A stretch of 64,000 nt of DNA from Candidatus Wolframiiraptor sinensis (GCA_023261815.1 JALNKA010000002.1:68340-132339); one strand, 5' to 3'. Shown: positions 53,956-63,378, counted from the first letter of the stretch. Numbers and translations are program-made. Notes: generated from the letters alone by a model not told the origin.

Positions 53956-55701
53956 ATGGATTCTCACAAGGGATCCTTAGATCTGGAGTCTGTTCTGGAG
54001 AGCGTTGCCTCGCCCATGAGGCTGAGGATCTTGAAGGCTCTAGCGGGCCGGAAGCTGAGCTACACGGAGCTCGTGAAGGCCGTTGGGCTCAATAGGGATA
54101 GGGATGCCGGCAAATTCTCCTACCACCTCAAGAAGCTTCTCGCCGTTGGGCTCGTGGAGGTAGAAGCACCTACGGGGAAATACGTGCTATCGAGCAGGGG
54201 GGCCAGGATCCTGAGCGCCTTAGAATCCATTGAGGAGGAGCTGAGGGATAAGAGCCGGATGATGGTGAGAAGGAGCAATCAGATAGTCGAGCCATTTGAT
54301 AGAAGCAAGATAGCCGAGGCCCTGATAAGGGAGGGAAAGCTCCCGCCGAAGCTAGCGAGCGAGATAGCTGCAGTTGCCGAGAGGAAGCTCCTCGACCTCA
54401 GGATAGAATACCTTTCAGCCCCCCTAATCCGCGAGCTCGTCAACGCCATCCTCTTGGATATGGGCTTGGAAAAATATAGGCATAGGCTCACGAGGATAGG
54501 CATGCCCCTACATGACGCCGAGGCGCTTTTCAGAAGAGCCTTGGAGAGCGGGGACTGGATGCTTTTCACCCAAGAAACATCCGGCGCCATAATGAGGGAG
54601 TACCTGCTATTGGGATTTCTCCCGAGAAGCATCTCGGACATGCACCTCAGCGGAAAGATCGACATATATCCGATATCCGGCTGGCTCTCATGCTTATTCT
54701 CGAAGGCGATTAAACTCGATTCGGAGGAGCTGGTTAAATCCGCGATGAAGTTATGTTCCTCAATATTCCACATCAAGCACGAGATAAGGCTCCTGGGATC
54801 TGAGGCCGGCGTCAAGCAGCTCATCTCATCGCTGCCGGACAAGCTACCCGGGAGGCGGATAATATCCACCGAGGCCTTTGACGATATTATGAGGTTTCTT
54901 CAGGAGATCTCGAGAGACACAAGATCCAGCATCGGGGTAATATTCGACTGCGGAAAGCATGATATCCGGGATATAGCTTCGGTGAGCAGGCAGTTGTGGA
55001 AGCTCGGAATCCCGCACGCATACGCGCTATCCGGTGAAACTTATTTCACAGGGTTCCGCCTAGATGAAGATTGCCGGGCGATCCACTCCATAATCACGTT
55101 GAATGCGCTTAGAGCCGCCATGGAGGGCGATGGCGACCTGGAGGGGATGATCTCGAATCTCAGAGGATGGCTGAAGAGCATTTTACCAATCATCAGGAGG
55201 GGATTAATGCTTGCGGGGAGATTTCATGGCGAGAGCAAGCCCTGCTCCATGATCGCATTGAGCGGCTTGATCGAGGCCGCGAAGCTTATGGCGAGGGGCA
55301 AGTCGGCGACAATAGAGGAGGCTGTGGAGCTGGAGCTCGCCGCGCTGAGGGAGCTGTCAAAGCTCATGCAGCAGGCGAATGACGTGATGCTCGTTGGCAG
55401 ATGCCCCATCTCAGCCGCGAAGCGATTCTTCCACCTAGACTCGCAGAGACACGACAATGAGTTATTGAGGAACCTCACACGCGGAGCCAAAGCATACAGC
55501 TTGACCCCGATTCCTGAACTGAGCGAGTTCAGGAGCCTGGATTCATGGATTGAGCCCGCCAAGCAGATGGTACAGAATCTTAATGGCGGGTTCTGCCTGT
55601 GGATGAGGCTGAGCAGGCTTCCGAGAACCCTGAGTGAGGCGATATACATTGCCGAGGAATTAAGGAAATACAATAAGCATGGCGTAATAGTAGTCACATG
55701 A
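53956..55701 (+). CDS. Winged-HTH + ATP-cone + degenerate class III ribonucleotide reductase-like fusion protein
   Basis: SPMRLRILKAL..GKFSYHLKKL..GLV (wHTH); VRRS..EPFDRSKI..LSAPLIRELV (ATP cone); LTRIGMP, LPRSISDMHLSGKIDI, LNGG (NrdD-like); no C-terminal Zn site or RxxGY. Confidence 0.8.
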   Translation: MDSHKGSLDLESVLESVASPMRLRILKALAGRKLSYTELVKAVGLNRDRDAGKFSYHLKKLLAVGLVEVEAPTGKYVLSSRGARILSALESIEEELRDKSRMMVRRSNQIVEPFDRSKIAEALIREGKLPPKLASEIAAVAERKLLDLRIEYLSAPLIRELVNAILLDMGLEKYRHRLTRIGMPLHDAEALFRRALESGDWMLFTQETSGAIMREYLLLGFLPRSISDMHLSGKIDIYPISGWLSCLFSKAIKLDSEELVKSAMKLCSSIFHIKHEIRLLGSEAGVKQLISSLPDKLPGRRIISTEAFDDIMRFLQEISRDTRSSIGVIFDCGKHDIRDIASVSRQLWKLGIPHAYALSGETYFTGFRLDEDCRAIHSIITLNALRAAMEGDGDLEGMISNLRGWLKSILPIIRRGLMLAGRFHGESKPCSMIALSGLIEAAKLMARGKSATIEEAVELELAALRELSKLMQQANDVMLVGRCPISAAKRFFHLDSQRHDNELLRNLTRGAKAYSLTPIPELSEFRSLDSWIEPAKQMVQNLNGGFCLWMRLSRLPRTLSEAIYIAEELRKYNKHGVIVVT

Positions 55702-55705
55702 GTGG

Positions 55706-56071
55706 TTAATGCCTCCTTGACTTGAGTAGGAGTATTGCTTTTGCGAGGTCGCCATTGGCCTCTATCAGGGCGCTTCTCGCCTCCTCCTCGCTGACGCCGG
55801 CCTGAGCCGCCACGAGAATCACGTCCTCGCTCGACGGCTCATACCTTTCCTCAACTCTTCCCTCCTCCGATATCTCGCCGCCAATTATCTGGAAGACGCT
55901 TTCGTTCTCGAGCTTCATCTCCAGGACGTTGGCATCTTGGATCGTGATAATCTTATCTTCGAGCTCGATTATGATCTTGCTGGCCCTGCCGAGCTCCTTA
56001 ACATCCAAGCCCAGGCTGCCAAGCATCTTCGCCTGCAGGCGCCTCAACTGCCTCGGGGAGACGCGCTTCAT
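55706..56071 (-). CDS. nac: Nascent polypeptide-associated complex protein
   Basis: SPRQLRR, FQIIG, UBA tail EDVILVAAQAGVSEEEAR..GDLAKAI. Confidence 0.93.
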   Translation of the reverse strand: MKRVSPRQLRRLQAKMLGSLGLDVKELGRASKIIIELEDKIITIQDANVLEMKLENESVFQIIGGEISEEGRVEERYEPSSEDVILVAAQAGVSEEEARSALIEANGDLAKAILLLKSRRH

Positions 56072-56172
56072 CGCTCACGAGTAAGCTGAACCTCAAGGAA
56101 TTTAAGATTACTTTTCGATAAAGCCCATGCTCGGGAAAGTTCTCCCAGCAGGCTGATTTATTGCCGAGCCTC

Positions 56173-56658
56173 CTAGTCTTTCCTTACTCTCCTTATCTTG
56201 ATGACCGCGCCCGCCCTAAGCTCCCTCATGATCCGCGATGAGGTAATGGCTCTTCCGACGGCTATGAGCTTCCCATCGCCTGACTCCACCAGAACCTCCT
56301 CCCCCGGCCTTATCCCCTCAGAGCAGTACTCGATATCAGCCGCTAGAGGGTTCATGCCCCTGCTCACGCGCTCTACACCCGATTCCCGCAACACCACCCT
56401 CGGCGCCCTCTCCCCAAGAATCTCCTTAAGCCTCTCAGCACCCTTGAGGCTTAGAGCTATCATGTTATCCGGGTACCTGATGGTCGCGATAATCTCATCA
56501 TCTAACCGGACGTAGCGCGGTCTCCCAGTCCTCTTCGATAGCTCGACGACGCATCCTTCGGGGAAGAGCCTCTCACCCACTCCCCTCCCAAACTGATAGT
56601 CGGCCATATCGCGGACTATTCGGAGAAGCAGGTCACCTGATGACCCTGAAGCACTCAT
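56173..56658 (-). CDS. PUA-domain protein resembling the C-terminal part of archaeosine tRNA-guanine transglycosylase
   Basis: MADYQFG, SKRTGRPR, IRPGEEVLV, LIAVGRA. Confidence 0.85.
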   Translation of the reverse strand: MSASGSSGDLLLRIVRDMADYQFGRGVGERLFPEGCVVELSKRTGRPRYVRLDDEIIATIRYPDNMIALSLKGAERLKEILGERAPRVVLRESGVERVSRGMNPLAADIEYCSEGIRPGEEVLVESGDGKLIAVGRAITSSRIMRELRAGAVIKIRRVRKD

Positions 56659-57904
56659 TATTGAACTTCCTCCTTATCTTCTCGGCCAGCTGAATGGGCA
56701 TCTCGGCCCTAAGCCTGATAAACTCATTCTCGTAGTTAAGGAGATCCACCTTGGAGCTCCTGAATATCTCGTTGAGGATCTTGGCCGTCTCATCGTTGTA
56801 GGGAAGCGTGGTCTCGACCTTGATGAAGCCTCTCAGGAGCTCGGAGACCTTTTTCTGAAGCTCATCTAGGCCCCAACCGTATTTCGCGGATATGACGACG
56901 CGCGGCAGGTCTAGGTCCAGCTCGCTGATTCTCAGCTCGATCTCATCGCGGTCGAGGAGATCGGCCTTATTCAGCACTAGGAGCACTGGGACCTCGTGCG
57001 CCCCGATATTGTAAAGCGTCTGGAGCGATGTCGTGATCTTCTCCCTCAGCTTCTCCACGGGGTCCGATGCGTCGGCAACGAGCAGTATCAGGTCTGAGAG
57101 TGCTATCTCCCTGAGGGTCGCGTAGAATGCTTCCACGAGCAGGGTTGGGAGGTTCTTGATGAATCCGACGGTGTCGGAGAGGAAGACGGGCTTCCCCGCG
57201 ATCCGGACGATTCTCGTGGTGGGCGTGAGCGTTGTGAAGAGCTTGGAATCCACGAGAACATTCTCCATCGTAAGCGCGTTAAAGAGCGTGGACTTCCCCG
57301 CATTCGTGTAGCCGGCGAGAGATATCAGCGGCAGGCCCCGCTTCCTCCTCTCCAACCTGATGAGATCCATGTGCTTCTTGAGGCTCTCGAGCTTCCTCGC
57401 TATCGAGACCATCCTCCTGTGAATCTCATCGTAGTAGATGTCCGCCTCATATGCTCCTAGTCCATGGAATCCAGGCTGCTCGCCCTTCTTCGCCAGCCTC
57501 ACCTTCTCCTTCGCCCTAGAGAGCTCATATTTCAGCTCCGCCAGCTTTATCTGGAGCTTGGCCTCAAGGCTGCTAGCGTGAAGGCTGAATATCTCGAGGA
57601 TCAGCTTTGTTCTCGTCAATATCGGGACCTTGAGCTCCTTGGCGAGATTGTATTCTTGGACGGGCTTCAGCTCATTCTCGAAGACCACCTTCTCTATTCC
57701 AAGCATCTCGACGGCTCTCTTCAGCTCCTCGACCTTCCCCGGGCCGATGTGGTACTCGGGGTGAGGGGGCCTAACCTGCTTCAGCTCATAAACCACCTCA
57801 TAGCCCGCGGTTCTACAGAGCTCCTTAAGCTCGCTAAGATTATCATCCTCGCCTCTATCAACTCGATGAACTATTGCAACCCTCAAAGCTCCGCCTTCAA
57901 GCAT
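56633..57904 (-). CDS. hflX: GTPase HflX
   Basis: EAKLQIKLA, GYTNAGKST, LFTTL, DTVGF, NKAD. Confidence 0.96.
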   Translation of the reverse strand: MLEGGALRVAIVHRVDRGEDDNLSELKELCRTAGYEVVYELKQVRPPHPEYHIGPGKVEELKRAVEMLGIEKVVFENELKPVQEYNLAKELKVPILTRTKLILEIFSLHASSLEAKLQIKLAELKYELSRAKEKVRLAKKGEQPGFHGLGAYEADIYYDEIHRRMVSIARKLESLKKHMDLIRLERRKRGLPLISLAGYTNAGKSTLFNALTMENVLVDSKLFTTLTPTTRIVRIAGKPVFLSDTVGFIKNLPTLLVEAFYATLREIALSDLILLVADASDPVEKLREKITTSLQTLYNIGAHEVPVLLVLNKADLLDRDEIELRISELDLDLPRVVISAKYGWGLDELQKKVSELLRGFIKVETTLPYNDETAKILNEIFRSSKVDLLNYENEFIRLRAEMPIQLAEKIRRKFNNECFRVIR

Positions 57905-57939
57905 TATCCCCGCAAGCCGGCCTTAAAACCTTGATCCTC

Positions 57940-58287
57940 CTAAAGCTCCCGCTGCCTCTTCTTGATGAGGTCTCCGAGGCTCACTCCGCCGGAGGCTCCG
58001 GGCTTAGCTAGATACCTCCTGAGCTCCGAGGATGGCTCCTCTTCAGCCGGCACCAGAAGCCTTATCTTCAGGAACCTCTCGAGCTTTCTCGCGAGCTCTA
58101 TTGATGGCCTGAGCTCGCCGTGCTCGATCTTCTTTATCACGGTCGCCTTCTCGCCTATCTGGCTGGCCAGCTCCTCCTGTGTCAAGCCCATTCGAGACCT
58201 AGCTTCCTTAACAAGCTCACCATAATTCTCGACGAGCTCGAGGTCCTCGCCTGGCAAAGATCCACCGAGCCGTCTAGCTCTCCCCAT
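57940..58287 (-). CDS. Multiprotein bridging factor 1 (aMBF1)-like HTH protein lacking the N-terminal zinc ribbon
   Basis: ELVENYG..AR..MGLTQEELA..IKKIEHGELRP..ARKLE, C-terminal SLGD; adjacent to hflX. Confidence 0.88.
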   Translation of the reverse strand: MGRARRLGGSLPGEDLELVENYGELVKEARSRMGLTQEELASQIGEKATVIKKIEHGELRPSIELARKLERFLKIRLLVPAEEEPSSELRRYLAKPGASGGVSLGDLIKKRQREL

Positions 58288-58378
58288 ATTCAAGCTATGG
58301 TGTCATCGATTCGCTAATAAGTCTAGCCCAAATAATGGATTATGTTAATAAGGGAGGTCGTGGCGGGTCTCGGGCAGG

Positions 58379-58891
58379 ATGGGCGATCCGAAGAGACCTA
58401 GGAAGCAGTATGAGACTCCGAGTCATCCCTGGAAGGCAGATAGGCTGGCCGCCGAGCTACAACTCGTCGGAGAATATGGCTTAAGAAATAAGAGAGAGCT
58501 ATGGAGAGCTCAGACGATATTGAGGAAGATCAGGGCCCATGCTAGGAGGCTATTCGGCTTAACCGGCGAGGAGCGGGCCAAAGAAGAGCGCATCCTCATG
58601 GGAAGGCTTTACAGGATGGGGCTCGTCGACGAGAATGCTACGGCCGACGACGTCCTAAAGCTGACCGTGAGAGACATTCTTGAGAGAAGGCTTCAGACAG
58701 TGATCTACAAGCTCGGGTTCGCGAGGACGATCTACCAGGCGAGGCAGCTTATCGTCCACGGCCACGTCTATGTTGGCGACAGGAAGGTGCGATCGCCCAG
58801 CTACCATGTGATGAGGGGCGAGGAGAGGCTTATCAGGGTCGCTCTACCAGTAGCCGCGCAAGCGAGCCAAGAGAAAGGTGAGGAGCGATAG
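58379..58891 (+). CDS. rps4: Ribosomal protein S4
   Basis: MGDPK, YGLRNKRELW, LERRLQT, QARQLIVHGH. Confidence 0.97.
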   Translation: MGDPKRPRKQYETPSHPWKADRLAAELQLVGEYGLRNKRELWRAQTILRKIRAHARRLFGLTGEERAKEERILMGRLYRMGLVDENATADDVLKLTVRDILERRLQTVIYKLGFARTIYQARQLIVHGHVYVGDRKVRSPSYHVMRGEERLIRVALPVAAQASQEKGEER

Positions 58892-58904
58892 CATCCACCC
58901 TCGC

Positions 58905-59432
58905 TCAAGACCTCGCAATGTAGATCAGGTGCGGTAGAGCCTGGAGGAAGTTCTCTAGCGCGAGCCTCACCGCCGCCGGTGATCCGGGCAGACACATTAT
59001 GGCCTTTCCACGAGCTACTCCCATCACGGCTCTGCTAAGGATAGCAGCCGCGCCTATCTCCTGGAAGCTGAGCCAGCGGAAGAGCTCGCCAAAGCCCTCC
59101 ACCTCCTTCTCGAAGAACGGCTTAACAGCCTCTATCGTCACATCTTTACTCGAGAAGCCGGTTCCGCCGATGAAGATTATCGCGTCCAAGCCCTCGCTCT
59201 CCAAAAGCTTCTCTAGAACTGTCCTCACGGCGCTGATATCGTCGTCCACGAGCTCCCTGACCGCGACCACGTGGCCGACCCCGCTTATCATTGCGGCCGC
59301 GAGGCCCTGCGACTCATCCGTGTAAGGCTTGCCCTCGCGCATCGCGGCATATCTCGAGCTGCTGACAGTCACTAGGGCGAATCTTAGAGTTCTGGGCGCG
59401 CGGCTCTCGTGCTCATGAACAGGCGAGGCCAG
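58905..59432 (-). CDS. moaB: Molybdenum/tungsten cofactor biosynthesis protein MoaB (probable CTG start)
   Basis: VTVSSSRY, DESQG, VDDD, GGTG..KDVT, GFGELFR, SRA, LPGS; N-terminal HEHESRAP lies upstream of the first GTG. Confidence 0.9.
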   Translation of the reverse strand: MASPVHEHESRAPRTLRFALVTVSSSRYAAMREGKPYTDESQGLAAAMISGVGHVVAVRELVDDDISAVRTVLEKLLESEGLDAIIFIGGTGFSSKDVTIEAVKPFFEKEVEGFGELFRWLSFQEIGAAAILSRAVMGVARGKAIMCLPGSPAAVRLALENFLQALPHLIYIARS

Positions 59433-59435
59433 GAT

Positions 59436-59879
59436 TCACCCCTCCTTAATCTTCTCCACGACCTTTATCGACGAGATCTCGGTGGATGGATACTGCCCCG
59501 ACTCATCCTTTTCATACCTCTTGACGACGTCCCATATGTTGAGGAGGGCTATTGAGGCGGCGGTCAAGGCCTCCATCTCGACGCCGGTCTTCTCGTGCGC
59601 GAGGACCCTAACAACAACCTCAACGCCATCATCCATCACGTTAAGGTTCACGTCAACGTGCTCCAGCTTTAGCGGGTGGCATAGGGGGAGCAGAAGCGGG
59701 GTGAGCTTCGCGGCATTTATCCCAGCGAGCCTCGCGACCTGGAGCGGGTCACCCTTCTCCAAGTCCCCGGACCTGATTCTTCGAATCGTCTCGGGCTTGA
59801 GCCTGATAAACCCCCTTGCAACCGCCTCTCTCCTAACAACATCCTTCCCCGATATGTCCACCTGCCTTATCTCCGCCAT
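59436..59879 (-). CDS. moaC: Cyclic pyranopterin monophosphate synthase
   Basis: VDISGK, KGD, LPLCHP, TGVEMEAL, WDVVK. Confidence 0.96.
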   Translation of the reverse strand: MAEIRQVDISGKDVVRREAVARGFIRLKPETIRRIRSGDLEKGDPLQVARLAGINAAKLTPLLLPLCHPLKLEHVDVNLNVMDDGVEVVVRVLAHEKTGVEMEALTAASIALLNIWDVVKRYEKDESGQYPSTEISSIKVVEKIKEG

Positions 59880-59974
59880 ATCTGGTCCGAGCGATGATGG
59901 CCGCGCCGGGTTAATTACCCTTCCGCGCAGAGGCGATGGAAATACTCTTAAAGAATCTAGTAGATCCTCATCCG

Positions 59975-60475
59975 ATGAAGATACTTTACGCTCCCTGGAG
60001 AATCGCCTACATAAAGTGGTTCTCTAAGAAGGAGAGAGAGTGCTTTCTCTGCGATGCCTCACGCGAGGAGGATGATGCGAGGAGCCTCATCGTCTACAGG
60101 GGCCGCTCATGCTTTGTGATCCTCAACAAGTACCCCTACAATAATGGCCACCTGATGATAGCGCCATGCAAGCATGCAGGGAAAATCTCGGATCTCGGGG
60201 ATGATGAGTTGCTCGAGCTCATTGAGCTCCTCAAGCTCTCTATTGCAGCATTGGAGGCGGAGTATAAGCCCGATGGATTCAATGTTGGGCTGAATCTGGG
60301 GAGGGCCGCGGGAGCCGGGCTCGAGGAGCACATCCACCTCCACGTTGTACCGAGATGGTTTGGAGACACGAACTTCATGCCCGTTCTGGCAGACACGAAG
60401 GTGGTTCCCGAGTCTCTGGAGGAGAGCTGGAGAAAGCTCAGAGACCGGTTTCGGAGCCTGAAGCCCTCATCCTGA
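59975..60475 (+). CDS. HIT family hydrolase
   Basis: APWR, CFLC, NKYPYNNGH, HIHLHVVPRW. Confidence 0.94.
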   Translation: MKILYAPWRIAYIKWFSKKERECFLCDASREEDDARSLIVYRGRSCFVILNKYPYNNGHLMIAPCKHAGKISDLGDDELLELIELLKLSIAALEAEYKPDGFNVGLNLGRAAGAGLEEHIHLHVVPRWFGDTNFMPVLADTKVVPESLEESWRKLRDRFRSLKPSS

Positions 60476-61436
60476 CCGCGTCATAGTGGGGCGAGGATGG
60501 ATTGGCTATGAGCGAGACCCTGCTCGGCCTATCCTCCGCGAGATACTCGTATCCCAGAGCATCGGCGAGCTTCATGGCGAAAGGCCTAATTTCGTCAAGA
60601 GATGGCATCGCCTCTCTCCCCATTCTCATCTGGGACTCGCCGACGTGCATGTAGCCTTTACACTCGATGAAATCTGGCTCAGCAATCCTAATGAGCTCCG
60701 CATATTTTTCGGGATGTTCAATGGTGTAGCCGTTGATCATTATGAGCCTCACGACCTTCACGGATTCTTGAAACTCATTCATGGCTTCAAGGCTCCTCAT
60801 CAGCCTCTCCCAGCTATCCGCGATCAATGGTCTGCAGACCCTCCTATGAGTCTCTGGATCAGGTCCGTAAAGGCTGATGTACAGGTTTGTTGGCTCGGCG
60901 CTCTGCTCCATGAGCTCTCTAAGCCTCTCGGGGTTAGTGCCATTCGTAACTAGGAAGGCGGTCATACTCCTGGATTTGATCAGCTTTATCAGGTCGGCGA
61001 GATAAGGATACATTGTCGGCTCGCCGTCGAGGGAGATCGCGACGTGCCGCGGCTCCAATGCCTCCTGGAAAAGCTTCCTATCAACGATCGGATTACCCTT
61101 GAAACCGGAAAGGAGCTGCCTCTGCTCGCGAATCAAGTCATCGAGTATGTCCTCCGGCCTATCCCACTCCTCCCTAATGCCCGTTACGCGGTTTATCGTG
61201 TGATGCCTCCAGCAGAAGATGCACATCATGTTGCAATACTGGAGCGCTGGGGTCATCTGAAGGCATCTATGGCTTCGAATGCCATACCACGTCTTATAGC
61301 AGTTCTTGCCACCCCTTAAGACGCTCCTCGTCCAGTGGCATATCTTGACGGCTGAGTGCCTTCCCACGATCCTGTAACCTACTCTCCTCAGCCTCGCGAG
61401 CTCAGCCTTCACGATCTCAACAGGCTCCGCGGGCAT
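60438..61436 (-). CDS. taw1: 4-demethylwyosine synthase (radical SAM, TYW1/Taw1)
   Basis: HSAVKICHW, CYK..YGIRSHRC, CNMMCIFC, ISLDGEPT, VTNG. Confidence 0.94.
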   Translation of the reverse strand: MPAEPVEIVKAELARLRRVGYRIVGRHSAVKICHWTRSVLRGGKNCYKTWYGIRSHRCLQMTPALQYCNMMCIFCWRHHTINRVTGIREEWDRPEDILDDLIREQRQLLSGFKGNPIVDRKLFQEALEPRHVAISLDGEPTMYPYLADLIKLIKSRSMTAFLVTNGTNPERLRELMEQSAEPTNLYISLYGPDPETHRRVCRPLIADSWERLMRSLEAMNEFQESVKVVRLIMINGYTIEHPEKYAELIRIAEPDFIECKGYMHVGESQMRMGREAMPSLDEIRPFAMKLADALGYEYLAEDRPSRVSLIANPSSPHYDAVRMRASGSETGL

Positions 61437-61561
61437 GGATCCCGGTAATCCCGCCACCGCATTCACGAGTAGGCTCAGAACTTCATAAATATGTTCCAGA
61501 GCCGGTGATCCGGGCGTGCTGGAGAGCAAAATATATGAGCGGCGAGCCCCATGTGCGAGCT

Positions 61562-62347
61562 ATGTCCAGCCTGAAGAGGAAGCTCAGAAGCGGGGAGATA
61601 GCTCTCGGGACTTGGATAACGATAAACCATCCGGATATCGTTGATGCTTTATCAGAGCTCCCGCTAGACTGGCTCGTCTTCGATATGGAGCACGCGCCCC
61701 TCGAGATATCGGATGCCGAGATTCTGCTCATGCCCCTCAGGGGATCAGACATCTCGCCTATAATCAGGGTTCCATGGAATGATATGGTGATCATAAAACG
61801 GGCACTGGACATAGGGGCCGAGGGAATACTTGTCCCGTGGATCAATAGCCGGGAGGAGGCTGAGAAAGCTGTCAGCTACGCATCCTACCCTCCGAGGGGG
61901 CTTAGGGGCGTCGGGCCTAGGAGGGCCGTGAGATACGGCCAGAGAAGTTTCCTAGACTATTACGAGAACTTCGAGAAGAATGAGCGGATAATTATAGTGC
62001 AGGTAGAGACTAGGAAAGCGCTGGAGAACTTGGATGAGATCCTCTCGACGCCGGGAATAGACGTGGCATACGTGGGCCCTATGGATCTATCGGTCAGCCT
62101 CGGAATACCCATGAGATTCAGCGACGCGAGGTTCCAGGATGCTCTGAAGAATGTTAGGGATGCTTGCGAGAGGCACGGCGTTACGCCCGGGATACACGCG
62201 TTCAGCCCGGAGCAAGCTCAAGAATTCATCTCCCAGGGCTTCAGGTTCGTCGCATTAATGTCCGATCTCGGGCTCATGAGAAGAAGTCTCGCCAGCGCGC
62301 TCGCAATGTTAGGTAGGATGAAGGAGGAGGTTAAAGTCGGATACTGA
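61562..62347 (+). CDS. HpcH/HpaI family aldolase
   Basis: DMEH, IRVP, LDIGA, YPPRGLRG, QVET, VGPMDLS. Confidence 0.92.
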   Translation: MSSLKRKLRSGEIALGTWITINHPDIVDALSELPLDWLVFDMEHAPLEISDAEILLMPLRGSDISPIIRVPWNDMVIIKRALDIGAEGILVPWINSREEAEKAVSYASYPPRGLRGVGPRRAVRYGQRSFLDYYENFEKNERIIIVQVETRKALENLDEILSTPGIDVAYVGPMDLSVSLGIPMRFSDARFQDALKNVRDACERHGVTPGIHAFSPEQAQEFISQGFRFVALMSDLGLMRRSLASALAMLGRMKEEVKVGY

Positions 62348-62363
62348 GTCTCGGACAGCCCCC

Positions 62364-63377
62364 TTAATCCAGTTTCCCCTCCTTGATCGCCTTCAGCAAT
62401 TTTCTCTCGACCTTGACTAAATCGCTTGACCCGAAGATTTCCTTGAGCCTATTCATCAGTATCATCCCAGAGTATTTCTCCTCGGCAAACTCTCTCGCGA
62501 ACTCGCCGCTCCAGATTTCATCAGCCTCGCTTTCAACAATTTCCCTAATCACGTCATAATATCTCCTTATCCTAGTTAGCTGGCCGTATTGGCTGGTCCT
62601 AGAATGATGCTTCAGCTGCTCTATTAAGCCCTCCTCGGCCATGGCCCTGGCCTGCTCGGCGAGCTCTCCCGAAGCGTAAAGCTCTAGAATCGTGGCCTCG
62701 GGTGATGCCCCGTAAATTTTAGTCGCGACCTCGAAGTAGGCTATGATAGAGGCTATGAGAAGCGGGATATACGTGTGCTCGCTCAGAAGATCCAAGAACG
62801 CCTCCTCTTCGAAGGATGACTTGAGCGCGGCTCCTCCAGGAAGCCCTATCGCCCCGATGCCCTTCGCGAGGGCCAGAGCATAATCCCATGCCCTCCCGGA
62901 TGCATTTTGCGCGACGCCAAGCAGGACAGGGTATCCGAGCCCCAGCCTGTGCCTCTCGAGGATTCCCCAGGCGAACATCCTCGGAGCCACCATCACGACA
63001 TCGGCGCTTGGCGCCGGCTTGATCAGCCCATATGCTATGTTGTAGCCGCTCGCGAAATCCAGTATAAAGAAGCTCTTCCTCCTCAACTCCTCATCGATCT
63101 CGCTGTAATAGACTTCGGGGGCAACCTCATCCGGAACCAGCAGCAGCGCGGCGTCGGCTCTTCTAACCGCCTCCCTTATCTCGTAAACCTTGAAGCCGTC
63201 GCTCTCAGCTCTCCTCCAATACTCATCCCTCACATTGCCGACTATAACGTTCAAGCCATTCTCTCTGAGGATTTTCGCCTGAACGCTACCCTGATTACCA
63301 TACCCGATGACGGCTATCGTTAGATCCCTGAGCAAGCTCAGGTCTCCATCAAAGAGCAACTCGGCCACATCGATCAC
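62364..63377 (-). CDS. Ketol-acid reductoisomerase-like protein (divergent)
   Basis: IGYGNQG, LVPDE, DVVMVAP, HSRTSQYG; canonical PKGPG and DLFGEQ replaced by PRMFA and DLLSEH. Confidence 0.85.
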   Translation of the reverse strand: MIDVAELLFDGDLSLLRDLTIAVIGYGNQGSVQAKILRENGLNVIVGNVRDEYWRRAESDGFKVYEIREAVRRADAALLLVPDEVAPEVYYSEIDEELRRKSFFILDFASGYNIAYGLIKPAPSADVVMVAPRMFAWGILERHRLGLGYPVLLGVAQNASGRAWDYALALAKGIGAIGLPGGAALKSSFEEEAFLDLLSEHTYIPLLIASIIAYFEVATKIYGASPEATILELYASGELAEQARAMAEEGLIEQLKHHSRTSQYGQLTRIRRYYDVIREIVESEADEIWSGEFAREFAEEKYSGMILMNRLKEIFGSSDLVKVERKLLKAIKEGKLD

Positions 63378-63378
63378 C

